Positions 40,911-50,551 of a DNA stretch of 64,000 bases are shown piece by piece. Positions within the stretch are counted from its first letter, which is position 1. The number at the start of each line of letters is the position of its first letter. The notes under the pieces were generated by a model. It did no database searches, was not told the origin of the DNA, and saw only the letters and a list, made by a program, of their open reading frames with translations. The DNA lies in NCBI GenBank assembly GCA_964291495.2, contig OZ219872.1, positions 96,001 through 160,000 of the forward strand. Reading direction: 5' to 3'. A program made the translations under genes and the position numbers. Origin of the DNA: Dehalococcoidia bacterium. Lineage in GTDB: Bacteria; Chloroflexota; Dehalococcoidia; UBA2979.

Positions 40911-43900
40911 TCAGTTGCCGTCGCCGCCCGCGGCGACGAGGGGCGTTCCGGGCGGGAGGCCGTGCGGGAAGAGCTTGCTGAAGGGCTCGTTGACGAAGTC
41001 CGGCGCCCCAGGGAAGTACGAGACGTACGCGCCGTCCACGAGCGCGTACAGCGCGGCGATGCCGAGGCTGCGCGCGCAGGCATCCAGTGCCTCGACGCTC
41101 CCGCCCTCGTGGACGACCAGGCTGAAGCGGGGGCCGACCTCCCCGCGCAGGCACTCCGGCGCGGGCTCGGCGTCCTCCGCCCCGGCGCCGGCGAACCACA
41201 CGCGGTAGACCGCCGTGCGCGTGCCGTCGTCCGAGGTCACCGTGACGGTCACCGGTGCGTTCGGCCGGAGCATCGCCTGGTGGCCGTTCGCGGGGTCGCC
41301 GTCGGCATCGGCGGGCGCGATCACGACGGTGGCGCTGGCCTGCGAGGGCACGGCCTCGACCGTCGCCTGCGTGAGGCCCGCGGCCGCCACACCCGCGTAC
41401 TCGGTGCGGCCGGGCGAGAAGGCCCCGAAGGAGACGCCGTCCAGCGCCAGGGAGGAGAGGCCCGTGGCGAGGGCCTCCGGCTCGCCGCCCTTCACTACCA
41501 GTGGCGTGCTTGCGGGCAGACCCTCGGCAAACAGCTCGCGGAAGGGGCGGTTCACGAACTCGGGCGCGCCGACGTGGTAGGACACCCACTCGCCCTCATG
41601 CAGCGCGTAGAGCGCCGTCACGCCGCGTTCCGCACTGCAGGTTGCCAGGTCGTCGACGCTGCCCCCTCGCGCGAGCACGAGGCTGAAGCCACCGGCCACG
41701 ACGGGGCCGCGCAAGCACTCCGCCGGCCGCCCGTCGAGGCCCGCGTGCGGTGGGACGGGCTCTTCGGGGCCCGCGAGCGCCACGCGATAGACGCGCGTGC
41801 GGCTGCCGTCGGGCGAGGTGACGGTGACGGTGATCTCCCGGACCCCCGCCAGTGTGACCTGGTAGCCCTCGCTGCTGTCGCCGTCGGCGTCGGGGGGCTC
41901 GATGACGACGGTGGCTTCGGCCTGCGCGGGCACGGCTTCGACCGTCGTCTCCTCCACGCCCGTCCCGGCGCCGCCCTCGTACCCCAGGCGCCGCGGCGAG
42001 AACTCGCCGAACTCGATGCCGGCGAGCGTGAGCGAGGACAGGCGCGCGTCGATGGCGTCGGGCATGTTGTAGCTGTAGACGCGGCCGTCGTTGGCGTCGG
42101 CGACGTACATCACCTCGCCGTCCGACCAGAGGCCGCGCGGACTGAGGTTGCTCGCGCCGGTGAGCTCCGTGAATTCCTCGTCGCGCACGCGCTGGAGCGG
42201 CTGTGCCTCCTCGGCGGCGCTCGCCGCGTCCGGGGCGGGCAGCCGGTAGGCGAAGAGCCGCTTGGCGCTGTGGTCCGAGACCCAGGCGGTGAAGCCGTCC
42301 GACCAGATCCCGCGAGGGTCGCTGTTGGCCGGGTCGAGGGCATGGACGCCGAGCAGCTGGCCGCTCACCGGGTGGTAGGCGTAGAGGGAGGGGTTGCGGT
42401 TGAGCACGAACATCGTCGCGCCGTCTGTCCAGATGCCGCGCGGGTCGCGGTTGCCCCGGTCAAGCTGGATGTCGCGGTCCTCGAGGCGCTCGCCGCTCTC
42501 CCGGTCGTAGGCGAAGAGCCGGTCGCGGCCACTGTCGGCGACCCAGAGGACGCCGCCGGCGCCGGCAACGCCTCTGGGCGCGCCGTTGCGCGCGTCGAGC
42601 TCGAACTCGCGCTCCGCGAGGCGCTCGCCGCTCGCCAGGTCGTAGGCGTAGACGGCGTCGCCCGACCCGTCCGGGTTGTTCGCGAGCCAGAGCGTCGTCC
42701 CGTCGGACCAGGCGCCGGTGGGCAGGTTGTGCTCCGCGTCCAGCTCCTCGATGTCACGCTTCACGTTCCACTCGAAGTCAGCCTTGCTGGGCGTGGGGCC
42801 GGACGGCCCGCCGCCGCCACCACCCCCGAATCCGCCCGGCACGAACACAACCGGCGGGGGCGCGGCGCCATCGACGAGAGTGACGGACACGGATCCGATG
42901 AAGCCTTCGTCGTGATAAGCGTCGATGTCGATGCGCTCGTCGCCGTCGTCCACGCCGTCGTAGCGGGTCCGGAAGGTCGCCCGCGCCGCCTGCGCGCCCC
43001 GCCGCAGCGTGAGGAAGCAGGATGAGCCCGCGCACCCGCCCGGGCGCAGGTAGTCGTCCCCTGTCGTGGCCGTGCCGCCGAGCCTCAGCTCGATCTCCTG
43101 GGCGTCGGGGAATGTCACGCCGCCGGTGTCGACGGTCACCACGAGGGTCTGCCCCTCCGTCAGCTGCTCGGCGGACGCGGTCACGGTGAAGTTGGCGGCG
43201 TCGTCATCGGCGACGGCGACCGTGGCGTGGTTCGTCGGGGTCGTCAGGTAGGTGGGCGGGTTGGCCGAGCTGCCGATCAGGTACACCGCCACCTGGCCGC
43301 CCGCCGCCCGCACGACCGTGTCGTCGCGCGTCGGCAGGCTCAGTGACGCCGTCGCGCTGCCGGCGGCGAACGACGCGGTGGAGGGCGCGCTGGCGCTGAG
43401 ACTCGCCCCCGTGGCGACCACCCGCACGGAGACCGTCAGCGCGGCGGTGGTGGCGTCGGTGCGTTGCAGCGTGAACGACGCCGCCTCGCCTTCGGTGACG
43501 CCGCTGCCCGCGCTGATGGTCACGTCCGGCAGGTTCGCGACGTCGCTCGGCGGAATCGTGACCGTGCGGCTGCCGAAGGGCGCGTTCGCGACCGTGCGGC
43601 CACCGACGAACGTGTTCGCGAGGGCGAGCGTGGCCCTGATCGTGACGGTCTCGTCGGTAGGCTCGGCGGCGCTGTCGTCCGTCGCCCGGATCGTGAAGCT
43701 CGTCGATGATCCTCCGGCGGCGAGGGTCACGGAGTAGGGCGAGGACAGCGTCGAACCGCCCGCTTCCAGCGTGAAGTCGGTCCCGGCCGTGGCGCTGCCG
43801 CTGACCGCGAGGTTGATGGTCGCGGCCTCGGCGAAGGTGACGCCGTTGGTGATCTCGAGGGTGAAGGTGGCGCTCCCTCCCTCCGCCAGCTCGCCCTCGA

Positions 43901-46900
43901 CGCGGCTGAAGGCAATGGCGAGGCGGGTAGCGTCCGTGAGCGTGACGGTGGTCGAGGAGGTCGATCCCGTACCGATGGCGGCGGGCAGCGTCCCGAAGCC
44001 GAGGACGACGGTTTCATCTCCTTCGACCAGCGCGTCGGTGGCGGCCTGGATGCTGAGTGTCTTGCTGGTCTCGCCGCGCTCGAACGTCACGCTCTGCGCG
44101 GTTGCGAAGTCCGGCGTGAAGTCGGCCTGCGAAGCGCTCGACGCGTCCGAATCGAGGACGATGGGGATGGTCACGCCGCCGGCGGCCTGGTGCGCCCGGC
44201 TCAGCCGCACGACGACCGAGCCCGACGCACCCTCCCTGGCGCTGTACGTAGCCCGCTGGAACGAGACGAGCGGCGCCGGAGTGACCACGGCTGTGAGCGC
44301 CTGCTTCAGCGTGGTCCCGTCGGCCGCGCAGATGCCGCCATCGGCGCAGGCCTTGTTGGCGAGCAGCCGGAGCGTGACCGCGCCTTCGCCGGCGGGGTCG
44401 AGCGTGAACAGGTAGGCGTTGGCAGGCTCGCCGTCCGCGACCAGGGCGCTGACGGCGGTGATCGTGCCGCCCGAGACGCTCAACGAGGGCGACGTGGTCG
44501 CGAAATCGACGACGGGCCGGTTGAACGTCACCAGCACCTGGGGCGTGTCGTCGTCGCCCCGGTGGAACGCGGAGGTCCGATCGCTGGCGGGCGCGGCGGC
44601 GCTGAGCGCGACCGGCTGGGGCGCGAGCGCGTAGGCGGGCACGGCGGTCGCCCGGACGTTGGCCTGGAACTCGGATTCGGCGGCCGCGGGAATCGTGAAC
44701 GACAGCTTCTCCGTCCCGGTGCGCGGATCAACCTGGGTGATGGCTTCGTCGGGGCTGAGCTTCGCCGATTGCAACTCCACCTGGCGCTCGCGGCCCCAGC
44801 CGATGAGCCAGTCGCCATTGTCGAGCACGTCCACATGGCCGCCGCGGGTGCCGGCCCGGTCATCGGTGCCGTGCAGCGAGTGGTCATACAGGAACACCGC
44901 CTCGCCGTTGGTGAGGTCCAGTGCGTACGCCACTGCCCGGGCGTACTCGTAGGATGTCCGCGTACTCTCGCCGGTCGCCGGATCGACGAAGCAGTGCTCG
45001 CCGTTGTCGAATAGCGTCAGGCGACCGTCCTGGCCGTCGGGCCGCATCTCGGCGCCGTGCTGGCCGCAGAACTCGCCCTCGGGATCGCCGACGATCCGAA
45101 GCGGCGCAGGCCCGATGTTACGCGCTGTCCACTCCTCCGCCGTGAGGCCGCTGCGGCCGAGACGCCACTCGACCTTGCCCGTGGACGCATTGATGCTCAG
45201 CACCTTCGAGCAGCCGCGGAACGAGCCGATGACGCTGCCCTCGAAGTACTGGACCAGATTCACGTGCGCGTATTCATCCCACCAGTGCGCCAGGCAGTCC
45301 TCGTACGCCATGGTTCGCTCTGACGTCCAGGTTCGAGAGACGCCCTGCGAAGGGGTGAGTATCTGAATGGCCGAATCGCTGAGGGCTTCCGACGTTGTGA
45401 ACTGCGTCGTACGCCAGTCCTCGGTAAAGCGGCCCCAGAGCCTGCCGCTGTCATTGCTGCCCTCGGGGTCGTCTGCCAGGAGGCTCTCGTGGAGGGCAAC
45501 GTGACTGATGTCCCGGTTGACCGCCAGCTCGTAGGACATCAGCAGGTAGCCGCCGTTGTCGAGGACGCGGAAGTCGTGGACTCCCGTGCACCCCAGCGGT
45601 GACTTGGAGGAGACCGTTGTCAGCTGCGCGAAGTCCTCGTCCAGCACATGATGCGTGGCGACGCATCCCCTTGCCGGGCGAGTGGTGTAGTGCCAGCGGA
45701 ATTCGCGGCTCGACCCGACCCGGTAGTGGCGGAAGAACATCCGCGGCCTCGTCTCGGGCCGATCGTGGTAGCGAGGCACGCCCTGGTTGTCGACGACGGC
45801 CAGGTAGTTGCCGTACGCAAACGAGATCAGTGACTGGGTGATCTCGCCCATGCCCCGGTCGATCGCCTCCATCGTGGCGAGGAAGTCCTGCACGCAGTGC
45901 ACGACGTAGTCCGTGTACCCGCCGTTGGCGGCGCTCGCCCGCACCACGACATCGCTGTCCCCGGTCACGGCGACCTCGATGGCCGTGCCGCTCGGGGTCT
46001 GCGTGCCGTTGACCGCCAGGCGGACGCCGGCGGCGGCCGTCGGGGTGACGGTCATCGTGTCCGTGTTCCCGCAGCTGACCTTGTAGTGCAGGACGTCGTC
46101 GGCGAAGCCCGGCGTGAGGGCAATCGTGGTGTCCGTCGTGGTCGCCGTCAGGCCGGTGAGGACGCTCGCGATCACGACGTGGTGCGTGGTCGCCTCGGCG
46201 GTCGCTTTGGTGGCCACTGCGGGACTCTCGCCCGCGCGGTGCCGATCGGTGTAGGTCGCCCTGACGCGCAGGTACTGGCCCGAGTCGCCAGCGACCGGCG
46301 TGTAGCTGGCGCTGGTCGCCCCGGAGATGGTGGTCCAGCTGTTGCGCCCGCTGGAGCGCTGCCAGACCCAGGTGGTCGTGCCGCTCACGGTGTCGGGGTC
46401 GCTCAGCGTGGCGGTGAGCGCCGTCCCGACCTTGGGCCGCACGGGTGACAGGGAGCTCGCGCCCGGTTCGTCGACGTCCGTGACCGTCACGGTCACGGCC
46501 AGCGTGGCGGCAACGCCGCCGACGGTCGCGCTCAGGGTGATCGAGTAGGACCTGTCGGTGTCGTCGTCGTCGGGCGACTCGAAGTCGGGCAGCTTGGGAC
46601 GGGGCGGGGTGTTCGTCGTGTCCGAGGTGTCGATCAGCCGCAGCGCGCCCTTCGGCGTGGAAATGTCGAAGTGGCTCGCGTCCGTGCCGGAGATCGCCCA
46701 GGTGACCTCGTCCACCTCCGCGTCCGCCCCCGACACGCTGAACGTGCCCACGCGAGTGGCGGAGTTCTCGGCGTACGAGAGCGCGGCCGTGCCGCTGATC
46801 GCCGGGGTCCCCGTCGTGGCCGCCTGTGTCGCCGACCAGGCGCCGTCGCCGTCCGCGTTGACGGCGCGCACCTGGAAGTCGTAGCCGGTCGAGGGCGTCA

Positions 46901-47717
46901 GCCCCGTCTGCACGTACGACAGCGCGCCTCCGCCCGTCTCCCAGATGTCGTCCTGCCCGGTCCACTGGCCGTCGGACTTGTCCGTCGCGTCGCTCTTGAT
47001 GTAGCGCAGGTCGTAGGCGGTGATGGCCGCGCCGCCGTCGCTCGAGGGCGCGGTCCACACGACCGTCACCGAGGTCAGCGCCGCCGTCGCCGAGGAGATG
47101 GTGGGGGCAACCGCCACTGCCGCCGGGCCGGGGCCCGATCGCCGCTGGACGGTGGAAGCCCCCTGCCAGTTCACCCGGTGGTTCGGGTCGTGATCCCGCC
47201 CCGCGTGCCCCAGCGTCGCATCGGCCGCCGTCGACGCCGAGCGGATCGAGCCGCCGTTGAGCTCGAGGGTGTTCGCGAGCACGGCGATGCCGCGGGTGGA
47301 GTAGTTCGGCTCCACCACGGTGTGGGCGAAGGTCAGGCTGGCCGTGCCGGTCCCGCCCTCGTAGCTCGCCCACTTCTCGCCCCAGTCTGCCGGGTCCATG
47401 TCGATCTTGAGGCGTGGCGCGCCGCCGACGTGCACCGCCTCGCTGAAGGTCAGCGTCACCCGGATGGTCTCGCCGGGCCCGTAGGTCAGCGCCCGCTGGG
47501 GCGCCGACGTCACGGTCACGCCGGTCACCGTCGGGCCGCTCTGGCCCGCCGCCGTCCCGGGTCCGAGCATCGGGCCGAGGAGCACCACGAGCAGCGCCGC
47601 GACGCGCACGGCGGCGCGGAACGAGCGGAGGCGCTCGATCACTGGCGATTTCCAGCAGGACGTTACTGCGGAAGCGCCCGCTGGCAGCAGGACGACCGGT
47701 GCGACCCGATCAGGCAT
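40911..47717 (-). CDS. Giant secreted multidomain surface protein: Ig-like, FN3, cadherin-like, arylsulfotransferase-like propeller, Calx-beta, NHL-like propeller, duplicated C-terminal module (start may be GTG 47642)
   Basis: 2268-aa ORF; FN3 WTAP..YDFQVRAVN; cadherin YAEN..DFESPDD..DVDEPG; ASST-like VHDF, AHVN, SFR, WRLG, GQH, LFDNG; DxLVEGDET Calx-beta; five PRGxWSDG-type repeats. Confidence 0.88.
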   Translation of the reverse strand: MPDRVAPVVLLPAGASAVTSCWKSPVIERLRSFRAAVRVAALLVVLLGPMLGPGTAAGQSGPTVTGVTVTSAPQRALTYGPGETIRVTLTFSEAVHVGGAPRLKIDMDPADWGEKWASYEGGTGTASLTFAHTVVEPNYSTRGIAVLANTLELNGGSIRSASTAADATLGHAGRDHDPNHRVNWQGASTVQRRSGPGPAAVAVAPTISSATAALTSVTVVWTAPSSDGGAAITAYDLRYIKSDATDKSDGQWTGQDDIWETGGGALSYVQTGLTPSTGYDFQVRAVNADGDGAWSATQAATTGTPAISGTAALSYAENSATRVGTFSVSGADAEVDEVTWAISGTDASHFDISTPKGALRLIDTSDTTNTPPRPKLPDFESPDDDDTDRSYSITLSATVGGVAATLAVTVTVTDVDEPGASSLSPVRPKVGTALTATLSDPDTVSGTTTWVWQRSSGRNSWTTISGATSASYTPVAGDSGQYLRVRATYTDRHRAGESPAVATKATAEATTHHVVIASVLTGLTATTTDTTIALTPGFADDVLHYKVSCGNTDTMTVTPTAAAGVRLAVNGTQTPSGTAIEVAVTGDSDVVVRASAANGGYTDYVVHCVQDFLATMEAIDRGMGEITQSLISFAYGNYLAVVDNQGVPRYHDRPETRPRMFFRHYRVGSSREFRWHYTTRPARGCVATHHVLDEDFAQLTTVSSKSPLGCTGVHDFRVLDNGGYLLMSYELAVNRDISHVALHESLLADDPEGSNDSGRLWGRFTEDWRTTQFTTSEALSDSAIQILTPSQGVSRTWTSERTMAYEDCLAHWWDEYAHVNLVQYFEGSVIGSFRGCSKVLSINASTGKVEWRLGRSGLTAEEWTARNIGPAPLRIVGDPEGEFCGQHGAEMRPDGQDGRLTLFDNGEHCFVDPATGESTRTSYEYARAVAYALDLTNGEAVFLYDHSLHGTDDRAGTRGGHVDVLDNGDWLIGWGRERQVELQSAKLSPDEAITQVDPRTGTEKLSFTIPAAAESEFQANVRATAVPAYALAPQPVALSAAAPASDRTSAFHRGDDDTPQVLVTFNRPVVDFATTSPSLSVSGGTITAVSALVADGEPANAYLFTLDPAGEGAVTLRLLANKACADGGICAADGTTLKQALTAVVTPAPLVSFQRATYSAREGASGSVVVRLSRAHQAAGGVTIPIVLDSDASSASQADFTPDFATAQSVTFERGETSKTLSIQAATDALVEGDETVVLGFGTLPAAIGTGSTSSTTVTLTDATRLAIAFSRVEGELAEGGSATFTLEITNGVTFAEAATINLAVSGSATAGTDFTLEAGGSTLSSPYSVTLAAGGSSTSFTIRATDDSAAEPTDETVTIRATLALANTFVGGRTVANAPFGSRTVTIPPSDVANLPDVTISAGSGVTEGEAASFTLQRTDATTAALTVSVRVVATGASLSASAPSTASFAAGSATASLSLPTRDDTVVRAAGGQVAVYLIGSSANPPTYLTTPTNHATVAVADDDAANFTVTASAEQLTEGQTLVVTVDTGGVTFPDAQEIELRLGGTATTGDDYLRPGGCAGSSCFLTLRRGAQAARATFRTRYDGVDDGDERIDIDAYHDEGFIGSVSVTLVDGAAPPPVVFVPGGFGGGGGGGPSGPTPSKADFEWNVKRDIEELDAEHNLPTGAWSDGTTLWLANNPDGSGDAVYAYDLASGERLAEREFELDARNGAPRGVAGAGGVLWVADSGRDRLFAYDRESGERLEDRDIQLDRGNRDPRGIWTDGATMFVLNRNPSLYAYHPVSGQLLGVHALDPANSDPRGIWSDGFTAWVSDHSAKRLFAYRLPAPDAASAAEEAQPLQRVRDEEFTELTGASNLSPRGLWSDGEVMYVADANDGRVYSYNMPDAIDARLSSLTLAGIEFGEFSPRRLGYEGGAGTGVEETTVEAVPAQAEATVVIEPPDADGDSSEGYQVTLAGVREITVTVTSPDGSRTRVYRVALAGPEEPVPPHAGLDGRPAECLRGPVVAGGFSLVLARGGSVDDLATCSAERGVTALYALHEGEWVSYHVGAPEFVNRPFRELFAEGLPASTPLVVKGGEPEALATGLSSLALDGVSFGAFSPGRTEYAGVAAAGLTQATVEAVPSQASATVVIAPADADGDPANGHQAMLRPNAPVTVTVTSDDGTRTAVYRVWFAGAGAEDAEPAPECLRGEVGPRFSLVVHEGGSVEALDACARSLGIAALYALVDGAYVSYFPGAPDFVNEPFSKLFPHGLPPGTPLVAAGGDGN

Positions 47718-47970
47718 GGCTCGCGCATGGGGGCGACGGCCAGCCGGACGGGAACGTTCCGCCGACCGGGTTGATCAGCGGCTGCCCCTGCGACCGGTCG
47801 TTGGCGTTCCATCGCGCCTTGCGGCACGCCTCCGGCTCGGCGCCGTACGAGCCCGAGCAGCGCCACTGACCGTTAGTACGCTGCTCCGGTAGCAGTGGTT
47901 GTGGGTGCCCCGTACGCGCGGTTGTCGTCGTTGTCGGCCGGCGCCAAACCTGCCCCGCGGGGGTAACCAA
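47710..47970 (-). pseudogene. Frameshifted fragment paralogous to the middle of the 50772-51905 gene
   Basis: EQRTNGQWRCSGSYGAEPEACRKARWNA..GQPLINPVGGTF vs EQRIGGQWRRSGSYGADAAACRRASWNA..GEPLLNPASGTF; single-nt deletions near 47887 and 47917. Confidence 0.75.
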
Positions 47971-48026
47971 CGGAATCCCTCCCGGTCCCTGTGCAACGGC
48001 CCGACCGGGACTTTACCTGACGAGAT

Positions 48027-48042
48027 GTAACTACTACGTAAC
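48027..48042 (-). promoter_or_regulatory. Direct repeat GTTAC-N6-GTTAC (putative OmpR-family operator)
   Basis: GTTACGTAGTAGTTAC in an AT-rich patch, 11 nt upstream of TAAAGT (-10-like). Confidence 0.45.
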
Positions 48043-48167
48043 CCTTGCCCTCTATGAGCATGATTTTTTGTGATGTTTCAACCGGAACACCCTGCAAGCC
48101 GGCACGTTCAAGCTGGTAGCGCAGAAGCTCCACAGCTCGCTGGCCCGGCGTGCAGCCGGTCGAGCGA

Positions 48168-48398
48168 TCAGGTGAGGAACCGCAGCTCGGGCAGGCAGGT
48201 TCCACAGCCCTTCACATCCCTCTTGCCGGTGCTCAGCGCCTTATCGATCGCTTCGTCTCGAGTGGGGAAGGGGCCGTGCCAGCGGTTGTCGGGCAGGCGC
48301 GACCCGTACCGGCCCCGGCCATCGTTGCAGTGCGGGCAGCTCGCCCGGTGAACCCGCGCCCAGCTCGTGGCATCGTCCTCGTACACCCACCAGTTCAT
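48168..48398 (-). CDS. Small putative zinc-binding protein (76 aa)
   Basis: MNWWVYED..RVHRASCPHCNDG..WHGPF..GCGTCLP. Confidence 0.7.
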   Translation of the reverse strand: MNWWVYEDDATSWARVHRASCPHCNDGRGRYGSRLPDNRWHGPFPTRDEAIDKALSTGKRDVKGCGTCLPELRFLT

Positions 48399-48514
48399 CG
48401 CTGTAGCGGCATCCGCGATCGCCGAGCCGGCTGCCAACTCGTCGACTCCTCCGGATAGGTCAGGGAGTCGTGTCGCCGGGGAGCGGCAGGTTGATGGACA
48501 CGGTGCTGACAGGA

Positions 48515-48547
48515 GGGAGGCCATCGCCGTCAATGCGATGGCCTCCC
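48515..48547. terminator. Perfect 13-bp hairpin downstream of the 48617-50347 gene
   Basis: GGGAGGCCATCGC-CGTCAAT-GCGATGGCCTCCC. Confidence 0.6.
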
Positions 48548-48616
48548 CCGGCCGCCCCTGTGTACGGCGTTCCTTGCATTGGCAGGCCTCGCCGCCTACC
48601 GGAGCCCCGGCGGCAA

Positions 48617-50347
48617 CTACCTCTTGTACCCGGAGTCCGGGCAGGGCCCGGTGCCGCCCCAGATCCACTCCACTGGTGTGCCCCAGCGGTCGTAGATGAC
48701 GCAGTGGCGCATCAGCCACGAACCGTCGCTGCCAACGGTGCGCGTCTCGCCGTTGAACTGGTACTGCTCTCCAGGCGTGCGGCGGCCAAACTTCACCTCC
48801 GGGGCGGAGATGGTGTCTTCGGGGGGAGTGAGCGTCGGGTCGGTCTCCGAATCCGGCGCGCTGCTTTCCGGCGGGGTCTTCTCGACGCCCCTGATGTCCA
48901 CCTTGAACACGTGGCCATCCGACTGGCTCGCCCATCCGCCAGGCCCCGCAATGTACCTACTGGCGTCTGGTCCTCTAAGGGGGGCGCCGCTCAGGAGCAC
49001 CTGGTTCCCGATGGACCAGCCGTCCGCGCCGCCGCTGTCTTCGTTGTCGGAGAGCGTGGTGACGAACCTGGTTCCCCGGTTGCCTCTCCAGGTGACCTGG
49101 AGGACCAGGAAATAGAGCGTACCGGGCTCCAGGTCGATGCCCCCGGAAGTGCTCAACAAGCTGTTGATGCCGTTCCCGAGCGTCGGGTTGGTCAACGATC
49201 CGACCTTCGCGCCGACCGTCGAGCCGCTGGCCGCGGAGATGTAGGCCGTATAGGCCACCGCGGGGGATAGCTGCGACGAAGCGATCATCGCTGCAATCTG
49301 GACCGAAGTCAGCGTGTAGCCGAGGGTGTTGGCGCCGGTCATGAAGGGAACAGCGAAATGATCGAAATGGAAGTAGACCGTCTGGGCGTCGCTCTGCCCG
49401 GTGTTCGCGATCAGCGTGGTGCCGGTCGGCAGAGGCGTGTTGTTGCTCACCGCCTGGTTGCTGAAGGGCGCCACGTTGACGTTGCCCGTCGCGAGTCGCA
49501 GCGGGTTCTGCGTCGGTTCGCTGTAGCTCACGGTGACCGTCTCGTGCCAGGCGACCGCGCTTGCCAGGGTCACCGTCACGGTCGCGTCGGAGACGGCGAC
49601 CGTGCCCTTGCCGGCGATGGTGCGGGCAGTACCGCCCGAAGGCGTCGCACTCACGGTGAACTGTTGGCCCGACGGCTCCGAGTCGGGGTCCAGGGCCCGG
49701 TCGAAGGTCACGGTGAGCGTCTCCCTGTTCACCGCTGCCGAGGAAATGCGGGGCTGGATCGTGTAGCCCTCGATGGTCATCTTCGGGACGCGGTTCGGTA
49801 TTGACGACGACCACGTGGTGCCGCTCCGAAAATAGAACGCGTTGCCGATCGTCCAGCCCGGCGCCCCGCCGCTGTCTTCGTCCTGCGAGGAGGTCAACCA
49901 CAACCTGGGGTTCTTGTTGCCGGGGGAGGTGATATCGAGGACCACGGAGTAGGTCGTGTCGGCTAGCAGGTCGATGCCGTCGGCAGAGCTGAATGTGTTG
50001 GTCCCGGTGCTGAGGGACGAACTGGAGAGCGTACCCACGCTTGCGCCGACCGACGTGCCGCTGCCCGTGTGGATGCTGACTGTGAAGGTGTGGGATACGG
50101 TAAGACTGGGATTAGCGAATCCTGACACCTGGACCGCGACTGAGGTCAGCTTGTAGCCGTTACTGCTGGAGCCGGTCTCAAAGGGAATGGCCAGATCATT
50201 ACCGAAGACGACGTTATTCGAGGTTGCCTGGCCGTTATTGCTGACCAGCGTGGTGCTGGTCGGCGTCTGGGCGTCAACGGTGGCGGCGCCGAACAGGAAG
50301 ACGGCGAGGACCAGCAGCGAGCCGAGGGCGGTGAGTGGCCGGAACAT
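48617..50347 (-). CDS. Secreted protein with two choice-of-anchor-R-like domains flanking a SwmB-like Ig domain
   Basis: Signal peptide; TLVSNNGQ..GYKLTSV..DEDSGGAPGWTIGN and TLIANTGQ..GYTLTSV..NEDSGGADGWSIGN; TLTVTFDRALD..VTVSYSEP..N..F. Confidence 0.8.
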   Translation of the reverse strand: MFRPLTALGSLLVLAVFLFGAATVDAQTPTSTTLVSNNGQATSNNVVFGNDLAIPFETGSSSNGYKLTSVAVQVSGFANPSLTVSHTFTVSIHTGSGTSVGASVGTLSSSSLSTGTNTFSSADGIDLLADTTYSVVLDITSPGNKNPRLWLTSSQDEDSGGAPGWTIGNAFYFRSGTTWSSSIPNRVPKMTIEGYTIQPRISSAAVNRETLTVTFDRALDPDSEPSGQQFTVSATPSGGTARTIAGKGTVAVSDATVTVTLASAVAWHETVTVSYSEPTQNPLRLATGNVNVAPFSNQAVSNNTPLPTGTTLIANTGQSDAQTVYFHFDHFAVPFMTGANTLGYTLTSVQIAAMIASSQLSPAVAYTAYISAASGSTVGAKVGSLTNPTLGNGINSLLSTSGGIDLEPGTLYFLVLQVTWRGNRGTRFVTTLSDNEDSGGADGWSIGNQVLLSGAPLRGPDASRYIAGPGGWASQSDGHVFKVDIRGVEKTPPESSAPDSETDPTLTPPEDTISAPEVKFGRRTPGEQYQFNGETRTVGSDGSWLMRHCVIYDRWGTPVEWIWGGTGPCPDSGYKR

Positions 50348-50352
50348 GGCTA

Positions 50353-50367
50353 CCCCCCCCCCCCCCC
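50353..50367 (-). repeat. G15 homopolymer at the RBS position
   Basis: Minus strand AAC-G15-TAGCC-ATG(50347). Confidence 0.9.
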
Positions 50368-50444
50368 GTTATGTCGCAAGGCGCGCGGAGAGCGGTTCGC
50401 GAATCCGACCCCAACCGGGCTGCGCATTGGATCCATGCCAGTCA

Positions 50445-50551
50445 CCTCCACTGATAGACTCACGGAGTAGTATGCCAGCATGCGCATTACTGATTCGTGA
50501 TCTAGAGCGTCAATATACGTAATGTTTTGTAACTTCCTGCCATGTGCGGCA
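50445..50551 (-). promoter_or_regulatory. Island promoter block, copy A
   Basis: Colinear homolog of 53674-53779; GTTAC-N5-ATTAC, CATTAC/GTAATG inverted pair, TGG-CATACT -10-like. Confidence 0.65.
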
